From Carcharhinus longimanus (taxonomy: Eukaryota): a stretch of DNA of 64,000 nucleotides. The notes beneath the pieces were generated by a model that worked only from the letters and a program-made list of their open reading frames with translations, was not told the DNA's origin and did not search any database. The DNA lies in assembly GCA_030264375.1 (NCBI GenBank), contig JASCQW010000072.1, positions 88,936,022-89,000,021 of the forward strand. The letters are read 5' to 3'. The position numbers were made by a program, and so were the translations under genes. Positions 12,831-25,573 of this stretch are shown here, one piece after another (within the stretch, counting starts at the first letter, position 1; the number at the start of each line of letters is the position of its first letter).

Positions 12831-15800
12831 ATGGTTTATCCTGGAAAATTGGCATATGTTGCAGTCAACTGCTGCATTGTGGGTTTGTTTAAAACCAGTT
12901 AATTTCAAACTTTAATGTACATTTTCATCTTTGGCCTAATTTTCAAGAATTAGAGGTAGGTGCTTGGAGGGGTACAGCTATTTTATGATTTGGGAGTGCC
13001 AGTCATTGGGCCTTGATGGTGGAATTAGTGGTATTTAACCTCATACAGTGCCTCCAGTATCTCACCTCCCAGGTGACTGCGTGGATTGGACTTTCATAGT
13101 CCCAATCTGGACCAAAATGGTGGCTGGTCCTGGAGCTGGAAGTCCTCTTTATTCCTGGCATTGATTATTTTCAGTGGCATGGAAAGGGGATGGCTTGTGA
13201 CCCCCAGCCTCCTTGTGGAGTTGGTGTCACTGTTTTAAGGATGTCAAATTCAGATGTCTCATGATTTTTGTGGAAGTGGCTACGATTGAGGTGACCCTCC
13301 TAATTTATATCTGATAAATGAGGTTATGAACTGTGACCTGGAGGTAGAAAAATGTTTCCTGCTTTATTGTTCATCAAGAAATACTGCAATCTGAGGTGTA
13401 TCTGTGCCACTTGAGCTGGCAGAGTTTTGGATGGGGGAATGTTTTTTTTTCCTCCAACTGCTTAAAAGTCTAATGTTTAAGTGAAAAAGTCAGTCCAGTA
13501 GACATTTGAAGGGTGTTATTATAGCACTGCGTGTGAACACCTGAGTGAGGGCGGGTGGGTGAGGAAGTGAAGGGACGGAGGAGGAGAGGCCATAATACTA
13601 ATCTGTTATGCTTTATTTATTGTTTCAAACTGCTAGTTTCCTTACCCACAACGATGAGCCTTGGAAATGGGCTGCATTAGCATTGGCCTGTTCCTCTCAG
13701 CCCATTTCTGCATCTGGAGCAGGTTCAAGGGGCCGAATGGTCTACTCTTGCTCCTTGTTCATATGTTTAAATGTGAACCCATCTCGAGTTCAGCTCCCTG
13801 ACAGGAAAATAGAATTGGAAAAATTCCAGTCTCAACTACAAATATCCGGGACTATATTTAGTAGATGCTATTTAACATGTCAGTGAGTGGCTTTCGTGTC
13901 AGCTACTTAATTGAAAAACCAGGTTAATGTTTTATGAATGATAAAATGTTAATAATCACAGGATATATTTATTTTATTTGTCTGAATAGCGTCAGTCTGC
14001 CAGAAATTTTTTTCACATTTTAAAACTGTTGGTTTTACTTTTATTATATTGCAGTAACTTTTGAAATATTGTATGGAAAGGACTATTTGCATTATTTTGC
14101 CCCTTGGGGTTTGAGTTGCATATAGGAAATGGGTTGCAGCAACGGCTGTATGGTGGTTTCATTATAAGGAAGTATTAAAAAGATTAGCAAACTGGTAGCT
14201 AGATAATATGTAAAGAAACCACTAAAGACCATCTGTGATATTTTGTAGAATTCAATTTGTAAATCGGTGTACTGTATAATACATTATTACTTTACTGTTT
14301 CTTCAGTAGCTAATTTATTAAGTCAAATAAGACTAGTTCACTGATTTTGCTACAATTTTGCCAATTGAGAACACTTATTGCATCCTCAGCAATGTTGTCA
14401 TTAGGGAAAAGATATCACATTTAAGACAACATGCACTTATTCAGGTCTGCCATAGGTATCTGCTCTGATTATCGCTGAGAAAATACATGTATTGGAGCTT
14501 TTTGTTTTGCACTCATCAGGATATTTGCAAACATACCAAATGTAAAGGGAACATCAATTTGTACTTCTGTAGAACTTAACCTTTGTGTAAGAGTAAAAAA
14601 AAGGCTTCTCAGTCACACCAGCTGCTCATTGTTGCCCTAGTGGTATAGTCTTGACGGGAAGATTAGCCTCATTCATGACCTTCCAAATTCTCCTGGCAAT
14701 TTTATCCTCTTCAACTTGGGGAAATGCAACTATTCCTTTAAAAAAAATAATTTTGTTGTCTTGCACACCTTGTACAAATGTTTGGTTAGCTAATCTAATA
14801 TCTCCTAATATGTGGCCTAGTGTCACATTAAGAGCCCTCCTGTGCAGTACCATGAAAACTTTCACTAACTTTTAAAGATGGTTTGTAAATGAGAAATCTT
14901 TATTTCTATCCTCATCTCAATGTCTCTCGAAGCAAATTTGTGAAAAATTACTTTGCTCAAAAAAAAGCAATGCAAAGATAGTTAAACTGAGCTCCGAGAT
15001 CTGGCAGTTGTGCAGGACTGAATCAATTGCCTCAAATTATTTTCAGCAATAGCGATAAACTTATAACCCCCCAGTACTCCATCTGCCTTCAAATATCATC
15101 CAGATTTGGAAGACAGCAGCAATGTGCATTTATTATTAATACCTTTAACATCAAACATATTGCAAAGATTTGGAATAAATCAGGTGAAGGAATGCCGAAC
15201 GATATTGGAACAGTTTGGAAAGATGGCTGAAAGTTGGGTTAAAAGGATAAATTGGGAAGATGTTAAAAGGTGAAAAGTGTAACATTAATTGAGTTCGTGA
15301 CTGTGGGACAAGGTTGTTGAAAACTTGAATTCTAGATAAAGAGAAGTTGGGTGCGCAAAAAGATGAGTGGCAAGACTGAGGGTATGTGCGGCGATCAAAT
15401 TGTTAACTTTACTGTTCAGTAATTTTCATGGTATGTTTGGACAGAGTTGCAAATTTCACATATCACTACACTTCTCTGAAATGCTTGCGATAATCCTTTT
15501 CTTGTGTGTTTCCTTTTGGCTTAATGAGGAACTTAAATGGTGATAATCTTAAAAGTATTGGCATGACGTGGCTATCTTATTGCAGCATTTGTCTTTTGCA
15601 GTAGTGTTGTGTTGGCAGATATGCAAAAATCCGATTAAGGTGACCAGAAAGCCTCTTCCCCTGCAGAAAAGAATGGCGTGGGACTTACCCCTGATTTTGG
15701 ACGTCAGTTATCAGTATTTCGGTTTCTAAAATGAGGTGTGGGTTTGGCTTGTGTGACAATTTCGAGCTGTTTTCAAAGAAGGGGGAACAAGTATTGTTCC

Positions 15801-17405
15801 AGTTGAAAACCTTAAAACATATTCTGGTGCTTTATTTGTGCAAATCCAGATTTCTGCATAACTAAAGTGGGGAGTAGACATTAATGCTTGATATTTGTGG
15901 TCATAATGTTTGATTTGCTTTCATAGATAATTGACATTGAGGAGGGATATTATTATGACTGATATTTGAGATGGATCTACATCTGGTACTTAAAGTCCTG
16001 AGGTGCATTAAGTCTTGTGATGCAGTACATTTGCAGCACATTTCTTAATGCTTTTTCCAATTACCAAAGATTTAAAATGACCACACTTCCTTTTTACAGT
16101 AAAGCAGTGGGTAAACACTTAGTTTTTAATTTCTGGATGTGTGTACTGCAAATTCTCCATATTTTCAGGATCACGACTTTAAGGTATTAGCCTAAATTTT
16201 CACAAAGTTGGTTTGACTTAGGAGCCTTTTTTAAAAAAAAGTGATGATTGGGTCCATATTCTGGGATTCCTGACTCCTTTTCTGGACTGTCTGATTTTCC
16301 AGTGTGCTTTCAAAGGATGAGGTCTGTTCCCTGTCAAAAGTCAGCATCAGGTACTTCCATGTTGGCTGGCTCCATTGTGGAGATTAGTAGTTCCTTCTCC
16401 ACAATTTTCATGGAGTCAGGCCAGGTTTTTAGAACAGTGGCTCACAGCCCCTCAGAGGAGCCATGGATCCTAAGCTGCATGAGAGGACCTTTTTAAAGGA
16501 TAATTTCAAAATGCCCTCCTCATGTCCTTGTTCACACCCTATGCCTAGCTATGTCCCTTCCATTGCCATTGACCCACTATATACTGTCTAGAACAAACAA
16601 ATACTTTAATTTATTGTGATATATCTTTTTTTAAAAAAAGCTTAAAAAATAATTGTTTCATAATTTTCTCCTATATTGAAAGAAAGGTTATTTCAATCAA
16701 GCTAATTAAAGTGTCAAGATTCTTTTGAAGTATTAATAGCAAAAACTATGAATGCTTGAAGCCACTGTTTTGAGGATAAGGGGATGTGANNNNNNNNNNC
16801 CCCCCCATTGTGTCAATTTTTCCCTTGTGCTCTCCATTTGCAGAATCTTCTTGAATCTTGCATTGTGTTAACTGTGGTGTTTTTTTTGGTGGTATCCAGA
16901 AATCACAGGATGTGGCTGGATATTCCTCAAAGCCAAAGCTGATTCAATTGTTCCTTAAATAAGTGGGACTTGGGTTTGAATTCAGTCTAGATTGGGTGAA
17001 TCACCTCTCTGAGGCTGTTGAACCCAGGGAGAATTTGTTTAGTGAAAGCTGATTTCATTTTGGAGCAAGCATTGTCCACAGGATCTTTAGTATTTTGGAA
17101 CAAATTAAGCAACAGTGACGACAAAATGTTTGGGGAAGTGGAAATCTCTGAGTGCTAATCAAGTGTTATGTTCTGAGCGGAGTTGGAAGCACACCATTGA
17201 GACCAGTACAGAGACAACATTACCGTACATAAGCCGATTGAGGAATACTGAATGTTGACCAGGAAGAGATGGTTAACATGTCTCTGTCCACCTTATTACA
17301 AAATTGCTGGGAACATAAATGAGAAAAGACAAAATGAAGACAAAGTAACACCATGATGCTCTGTGGTAGGGTATTTGTGACTAAGCTACATCTACTAGCC
17401 CTAGT

Positions 17406-17602
17406 GCACATAGGAAGAAGTCCCGCAATGCCAAGTTAAAGTCCAGCAGGTTTATTTGGAATCACGAGCTTTTGGAATGCTGCTCCTTGATGGAAGAGCA
17501 GTGCTCTGAAAGCTCTTGATTCCAAATAAACCTATTGGACTTTAACCTGGTGTTGTCAGACTTCTTCCTGTGCTCACCCCAGTCCAATGCTGGCATCTCC
17601 AC
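17406..17602. mobile_element. Palindromic copy of the same Penelope-like repeat family
   Basis: About 80-bp imperfect inverted arms centred near 17490; shares ...ttggact..aacctggtgttgtcagactt with the 2.1-kb copy. Confidence 0.7.
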
Positions 17603-17832
17603 CAAGTGAGGACCAGTATCTCAAACCTGAGACCAAGGTCTTGCGTGGTTTACTGGGCAGCAGTGATCTCCACTCTCTGATATCCTTTGGAAACTTGGAG
17701 AACCTGCAGCAGGCACTTCAAAGCACTGGAGAAGTAACATTAGTGGTGCCTTCGCAAGCTCCTCCAAATCTGATGATAAGAAAGACAATCCAACAGCAGC
17801 ATCCTCTTCCAAGCCTACATACCTGACATTGA

Positions 17833-18360
17833 ACATAGAACATTACAGCGCAGTACAGGCCCTTCGACCCTCGATGTTGCGCCGATCAGTGGAACCAATC
17901 TAATGACCCTGTAACCTAAACTATTCCAATGTTATCCATATGCCTGACCATTTGAATGCCCTTAAAGTTGGCGAGTCCACAACTGCTGCAGGCAGGGCAT
18001 TCCACACCCTTACTGATTGAAGTGTTAATCACTTAAAACTGGCTCCGGTGATCAGAGCATATTTGTCATATGCCTGATACCAGACTCCTGTTCTATTTGG
18101 AATGCAGTTGTGGTCAGACACTCTCAGGAATACAAGTAACACACTTGGGGGACATACCCAAATAATCCCTGAAGGCATAAAACATTCTGGAGGGATTTCC
18201 TCAAAGAATCCCTGAAGGGATCAAACTTAAGAACATAAGAAATAGGAGCAGGAGTAGGCCATCTAGCCCTTTGAGCCTGCCCCACCATTCAATAAGATCA
18301 TGGTTGATCTGAAGTAGATCAGTTCCACTTACCTGCCCATAACCCTTAATTTCCTTATTG
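17833..18360 (-). mobile_element. Two short CR1 3' tail insertions (about 17833-18012 and 18228-18360)
   Basis: gaacatagaaca / aagaacataagaaataggagcaggagtaggcc tails. Confidence 0.7.
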
Positions 18361-20263
18361 AAATTTTGGCTCCTTCATCATTTTGGCTAAACTGGATGCT
18401 CTTCCTGCCTCTGAAGATTCAGACCTTCAAATCATGGAAGATCTAAATAAGGATAAGTTGACATGAAGCTGCAAAGCTACTGATCCTGAATTATAAAGTA
18501 CCGTACTTGTATCTGTTGGAAAGACAGTCCCTTCCTTAATAAAAATTTATGACATCGGTGGTGGAGACAAGGCCAACATCTAGTTGCCCTTGAGAAGGTG
18601 CACCTTCAGTTTGAATTGCTACAGGCCCTGTGATGAAGGCATGCCACATGAATTAGATACAACATGTCAGGATTTTGATGCAGGAACAATGAATAGTGAT
18701 GCATCAGAAAGTCCAAGTCAGGGCTGTATGACTTGAGGGGATCTCGAAGGTGTTGGTGTTCCTTTGCTTTTATAGGTGGTGGAGTTTTTGATGTTTAGGA
18801 GGTGCTTCCAAAGAAACCTTGGTGAATTGCTATAGATAGTAAATAATATGCTGATGGAAAGGTGATATAATGTGAAGTATTAATTAAGATGGCTGTTTAG
18901 TCAAAATATAGTGTCACTTCTTAAGTTTTGCAACTGACCACCGATCCAGATCTTTCCATCATACTTCTGTTTTATAGATAGTGGATACAGGAGTCGAGAG
19001 GTGTGCCATTTGCTACAGTGTGCCCAGCCTCTGACCTATTCCAGCACCAATGACATTGATGTGACCATCCATTGAGTTTTTAATTATCAATGGCCTCCAG
19101 AATATTGATAGCAAAAGTTTCTGAGGCCATTAGATGCTGTCTTATTGGAGATGATTGTTGATTAACTTGTGTGGCACAATATTTCTTGGCACTAATCAGA
19201 TCATATCTGACTGCTGTCCAGCTATTGTTACTTGTGGGTGTGACTGCTTCATTACCTGAGGAATCGTGAATGAAACTGGACACTGTGAACTCAATTTTAC
19301 TATCACCCAGTGCCCATTTTTGAGTGTGAAAACTTGGTAAAGTCCAGTGTGAGACGAGTAGCGCGATGCACGCCTGCTCCGTGCTATTTCGTCCTTTTAC
19401 CAAGGCCAGAAAATGGAGGTAACTGGATGTAAAAGGGGGTCCACTGCCTTCTGCCTAAGATCAGTGGAGGAGAAGGGGCGTCCACTGCCACTGTGCCTGA
19501 GATTGGAGGAGGGGAGGGGCCCACAGTTGGTCTGGGTGGCAGGTCTTTGAGGGGGATAAGGGGGATCAGAAATGTTACAGGGTGGGGCAATATCTGTGGA
19601 GGCTTGAGGGAGGCATTATCTGGCCCAAGAGGGAGGTGGCAGGGGAGCAGCATTCCATCATTTTTGTTCTGCACATGCGCAGTTGGAGGCATCCATCGGA
19701 GCTGCAGGGTTTTGGGTACGTTAAGCCCCGCCCACAGGCTTTTGCAGCATAATTTGGACTTGCTAATATTTTTGCAGGCAGACTGCGTATGGGGACATGT
19801 AAAAATTGGATCTGAAACACTCCCAGTTTCAAGTCTGCCCAGCAATTAGAATCAAAACAGTAAAATAGGGCCCAGTGTGTTCATTAGCTAGCACTCTATT
19901 TCCGACGTCATGATGGAGAGAAATAATTTGATCAAACAGCTGAAGATGGTTGGATTGAAAGTGGTGCCATAAGAAACTCTAGCATGGGGCTGAAATATTG
20001 GCCATCAGCTATGATATCCTTGCCCTCTGATTCTCTCTAGGCGTCAATGTAGCTCTTGAGACTGGATGTATGCAAATGAAACTATCCAGCCCTTGACTAT
20101 TAAATCCTCCACAATCACACTCGCCTATTCTTACTAACAGTACTATCAGTACTGTTTCTCCCANNNNNNNNNNNNNNNNNNNNNNNNNNNNNNNNNNNNN
20201 NNNNNNNNNNNNNNNNNNNNNNNNNNNNNNNNNNNNNNNNNNNNNNNNNNNNNNNNNNNNNNN

Positions 20264-20370
20264 CGGGTAAAATATGTAGGGATATGGGTGTAGGGCCTGG
20301 GTGTGATTGTGGTCGGTGCAGACTCGATGGGCCGAAGGGCCTCTTTCTGCAACGTAGGGTTCTATGATTC
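20264..20370 (+). mobile_element. HE1-like SINE 3' end (rest in gap)
   Basis: Nearly identical to 9650-9753. Confidence 0.8.
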
Positions 20371-20889
20371 AACTTCTTTGCACAATGACAATCATTTTGC
20401 TCAGAAATTGTAGTGAAAAGTAAATTCTAGCTCAGCAGTAAATACAGCAGTGTGGTGCTGAGTAATAACTTCCACAAAATGCTCAAGGGTTAAATTCAAG
20501 GCCTGTGCTCAGCTAAGTATTAGAGTGTGATGCCAACCTATACAACCCATGAACAATCCTAAATTTAATCCATTGTGTGTGCTGAGTTCATTGTGGTTGT
20601 CAGTGCAACAACCACGACTTGCATTTAACTTAAACATAGTAAAACTTCTCAAGGCTTTTCACAGATGTATGATCATATAAAGCTCAACACTACACCACAT
20701 AAGGGGATAATAGACAGCCAAAAGCTTGCTCAAAGAGGTGGGTTTTGAGGAACATCTTGAAGGGGGAGGAGGAAGGGGGGGGCAATGCAATTTAGGGAGG
20801 AAAATCCAAAGCTTAGGGTCTAGGCAACTGATGACACAGCCACCCATAGTGGAGCAATTAAAGTTGGACATGTGCAAGGGTCCAGATAT

Positions 20890-21680
20890 CATTTATAGCA
20901 CAGAAAGGGACCAATCAGCCCATCAAGACCAAGGCTCACTGTGAAGCAATCCAGTCTGTGTTATTCCCTCACACTACCCTCATAGCCTTGAAGGTTATTT
21001 TCTTCAAATTTGCTCGAAATCCTTCATTGCCTCTGCTTCCACCTCCCTCATGGAAATGGGTTTTAGTTCATTATGATTCACTGTCAAAAAAAAATTCTCT
21101 CACATTCCCCCTGCTTACCTGAAGCCTCAAATCTGCACCCCCTAGTCCTTGTACCACCAGCTAATGGGAACAAATTTTCCTTGTCTACCTTACCCATACT
21201 TGCCATAATCTCATATACCTCGATCAAATTGCTCCTCAACTTCCTTTTCTACAAGCAGGACAACCCAACTTCTCTAATCTTGCAGATAAATTCCCCTAGT
21301 CCTGAAACAATTCTTTGAAATCTCTTCACAACCTTCATATCCTTCCTAAAATGTGGTGACCAGAACTGGACGCAATATTCTACTTCTGGCCTAACCATAA
21401 TTTTGTAAGATTCAGCACAACTTCCCAGCTTTTGTACTCCGCCTCTATGTATGAAGGCTAAGACCTCATATGCTTTGCTAACCACTCTCTAAATATGTCC
21501 TCCTGCCTTCAAAGATCAATGCATATGCACCCCAAGGTTCCTCTGTTCCTGCACATTCTTTGGAACTGTGCAATTAAATCAATGTTGTCTCTTCCTAACC
21601 TTTCTGCAAAATGCATCATCTTATACTTCTCTGCATTGAAATTCAACTACCACTTGTCTATCCATTTTGCTAATCTAGGT
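20890..21680 (-). mobile_element. Old CR1 LINE 3' fragment
   Basis: MVRPEVEYCVQFWSPHFRKD motif. Confidence 0.8.
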
Positions 21681-22694
21681 CTTGTTTCACTCAATTATCA
21701 TCCTCACTAACTGGTGTCCACATTAAGTTACACAATCCCGTTAAAACACTGTCTCCCTAATGAGGGATTTTCAGTCTTCACATTTGAAGGTTTAGTCTCT
21801 GAACTCCCTCCAAAGGCCACCCAACCCAGATGATTTCAATGACTGCTCACCACCCGATCACTTAATCTCCTCTCCTGAGACTATGCACACTGGCTTCATG
21901 AGGTTTCACTCAAGCACTAACTCATAGGCACAACCCTCGCTCGTCAGCCACGTTGAGCAGAACACCTTTGCACCAATGGCCCTCAGCACATTGTCATCAG
22001 TCTTCTGCTGTCTTTCCAGCTGAACAGGGCTTTTCCCAAACCCTCACCACCTGGAGCATGCTGACAGCAGCAATTTTGCTGCCTCAGGCCTCTTCTTGCT
22101 TTTCTACCAGTGGTTTCCTTCCCTATTGGTTCCTACTGGTAGTCTGCTTTCCCATCTCTGGGTTCAGCCTCTCTTGGTTCTCTGGTTGAGTTCCCCCTCT
22201 CAGACCTGGGACTTTGCATGTTATGACTCTCAAAACTGGATCCCATTATCTTTTCATGCAGGAAAACTACCCAATCCCCGCAGCTGTCTGAGGAATGGTG
22301 AAAACCGAGCACGCGCAATGTGTCACCTGCCGTGGTCCAAGTGTCTGCACTCATGGATCTACCGGGAACTGGAGTCCCCAGTCTCCACCTGGAACAAGGT
22401 AAGTTCACATTTCATTACATTTAAAAAGATCATTTTACATTCCATTTCTAACTACGTATTCTCTCTCTCAATCAATTTCTTTCCCTTCCTTCATATTTCT
22501 CTTCCTGTGTCTGACGTGACGCTGAATTCACCCACTTTAATTTACATGTTCATTTCAATTATTTCATAATCCTTAAGTCTGATTGGTTGGACTAGTGCCG
22601 CTTGCCCTGTTTGCCTTGTGCAAAATTAGCAGATCTCATTCTTTCAGCACTTGTGATGGAAAAAATGCAAAACCTAAACAAATCTAGTTGATGG

Positions 22695-23332
22695 CAACGG
22701 GGACAAAGTAGAAAGGATCGAGAACTTCAAGTTTTTAGGTGTCCAGATCACCAACGTGTCCTGGTTCCCCCCATGCTGAGACTTTAGTTAAGAAAGCCCA
22801 CTAATGCCTCTACTTTCTCAGAAGACCAAGGAAATTTGACATGTCAGCTACAACTCTCACCAACTTTTACAGATGCACCATAGAAAGCATTCTTTCTAGT
22901 TGTATCACAGCTTGGTNNNNNNNNNNNNNNNNNNNNNNNNNNNNNNNNNNNNNNNNNNNNNNNNNNNNNNNNNNNNNNNNNNNNNNNNNNNNNNNNNNNN
23001 NNNNNNNNNNNNNNNNCCAGCGTAATTAAGGACCCCATGCACCCTGGACATTCTCTCTTCCACCTTCTTCCATCGGGAAGAAGATACAAAAGTTTGAGGT
23101 CACATACCAACCAACTCAAGAACAGCTTCTTTCCTGCTGCCATCAGGCTTCTGAGTAGGTCTACCTCGCACTAAGTTGATCTTTCTCAACATCCTAGCTA
23201 TGACTATAAGACTACATTCTGCACTCTCTCATTTCCTTCTCTATGAACAGTATGCTTTGTCTGTATAGTGCGCAAGAAACAATACTTCTCACTGTATGCT
23301 AATACATGTTACCATAATAACTCAAATCAAAT
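22695..23332 (+). mobile_element. Rex1/Babar-like LINE 3' fragment
   Basis: VERIENFKFLGVQIT, LYFLRR, LTNFYRCTIESILSSCITAW; tail (tcaaa)n. Confidence 0.8.
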
Positions 23333-23984
23333 GCTACAATGAAATATAGCTGAGCATGAACAGAAAATTTTCTAAATTGCATGAGTTTGTAATCCAATGA
23401 CATGATACTTAATTAGGCAATTTGTAAGAAGATATGGCACGGCTTGTTTCAGCATTATGTTAATTCAATTTTGATTTTTATATGTACTATAATACAAATC
23501 AAGAGCGTACGGTCTTCAAGACAAAGGTTCATCTTGTTTGCCTGCTATAGGCCAGGTAGCTGCATAATAGAATAATAATGTTAACTAATTGTAACAATGA
23601 ATCCCTATTAAACAATCTGCAACAGGCCCAGACGTGGGCTTTTTGCAGACTTCTATGGTGAAACACTTTGGGAACCATGGAGCCAAAAGTTACCCTTTTT
23701 CTCCCAAGCATGCCACATTTAAGGAATTCATGTTTCAAATTACTCAGCATATTCCAAAATATTATTTTCTAAAAGAAACCCAATTTGCATTTGAAGGAAT
23801 CAATACCATCTACTTCTACTGCCTACCTAGAAAACGTATTCAACAAATTTGCCATTAATTCACTGAAATTCTCCACAAGCTAGATTTGAATTTACCCCAT
23901 TGAAGTGCAAACCACATCCTCTGGTTGTACAGTTCTTAGAGAAAGTGAAACAGCTTGCCATGATCGACATTATAGTTGCTTGAA

Positions 23985-24200
23985 AAGAGACATGGCAAAG
24001 CTTTTCATCTTGCACACATCGGATATTTCACAAGAACATCAGTAGAATGGGAAAAACAACATCTTGCACTGCAAAGAGCAGAATGCTGATTGACAAGGGA
24101 CACTTGTCATACAGCATAAATTCTTGTTTTCCCCTTGCACTGGTACTCTTGAAGCGTCCTGATGGAATGCAAGATGAAAAACTTTGACAGGTCTACATTT
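23985..24200. mobile_element. Palindromic non-autonomous repeat, second hammerhead-like family
   Basis: Left arm aaagcttttcatcttgcacacatcgga... pairs with right arm ...tcctgatggaatgcaagatgaaaaactttg. Confidence 0.65.
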
Positions 24201-25573
24201 AGAATCCTAAACAAAGCGCAATCATATCCCCAGTCAACCTCCTCTTTTCTCCAGAGATCATGGTTAATTTATATAATTGGTCCAATCCCTGCGTAAGTTT
24301 AGCTGCTCTCTACTGCACAATATCAACAGTTGCAATATATTTTGTCACCTATAATAACCAAAACTGTACACAGTATTCTAAGGGCAATTACACTAATTAT
24401 TTACAAAGTGAAAGATTACCTCACTTCAGCTCAAAATTGTCTGTTTAATACATTCCAATTATCACTAAGATTGCATTCAACTGTTCAGAACTGTATTCAT
24501 GTAACAGAAAAGTTGTTCTTACATTTAACACACAGTGCCTTTTCTGAAAATACACAAAATCATGTTAAATTTAAACAAAAATTCAGAAAATGGACATTCT
24601 GATACAACGTCTTAAGGTTTTCTTAAATATAGATATGGCATCAACAAGAGTGCTATTGATTTACAAACAACTCAGCAAATGAACAGAAAGATTTTTCAAA
24701 ACACAGTAAGCTGAAAACACACCCCTTTAATGGTAAACCTACTGGCTCTTCTAAATGTAGATTCATTTTACTCTAAGCAATAAACCAGAAAAAGATAATT
24801 ACCTGACTTCATTATTCACATTGACTCTTCAAAAAAGCTTGAGATGGCATTTGGCAGACTGACTAAACATTGCATTTCTTACTTCAGCAGGTTAAGTGTT
24901 AATGTTACATCCCAAAAAACATCAAATCTGCTGTAGTTGGGAGTGCTTGACTGAAACATGAGAAAACAATAATGCAGATGGTCTTTTAAAAGCTAGTCTG
25001 TTTGTGTATATGGCTGCACCTGAGTCACAAATTGTAATTGGTTCCTGCTCCAGGAACACCTGCGCTTTTTTTTTGACTTTTTATTTAGCTTGGAGCATTT
25101 TTAAATTAAACTACAATAAAAATATAATTATTGCTCTTATAACTTCTACAGGCAGACATTAATATATTCACATCCCACATATTCCAAAAAACAATTTTAA
25201 AATGTACTTCACATTCTAAGAGGAATGACAGATTAATCTACCTAAACAAAACTCTGCAAATTACACACTCCTCAGATACAGGAATCTGATTTTGGATATG
25301 GTATCACAGTAAATTGTGAGCCAGGTACTTCATTACACAAAAGTGTCCGGTAACAACTATATCAAACAATAACGTCAAGTCAGATCACCTAGATCTTCGA
25401 TAGCACCACATCAATACTCAAGGGTCAACTTTGACCAATGGCTTAAGAGGATAAGACATAAATCAACACAATGGCTACAATTCAAGGCAGACTGCAGGAT
25501 TTCTGGCAAATGAATGAGTTGAATCATAAACTCCAGGTCATTTCCTGACCTCTAGCTTCTACAAGACAAGGGT

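Noticed and set aside
19384-19849. Overlapping 118-153 aa ORFs (similar ones at 4168-4755 and 21953-22569)
   Set aside because: GC-rich repeat-like inserts with few stops; no recognisable protein motifs or splice structure
9418-20370. Near-identical SINEs bracketing the skew domain as inversion breakpoints
   Set aside because: They are in direct orientation, which would mediate deletion, not inversion
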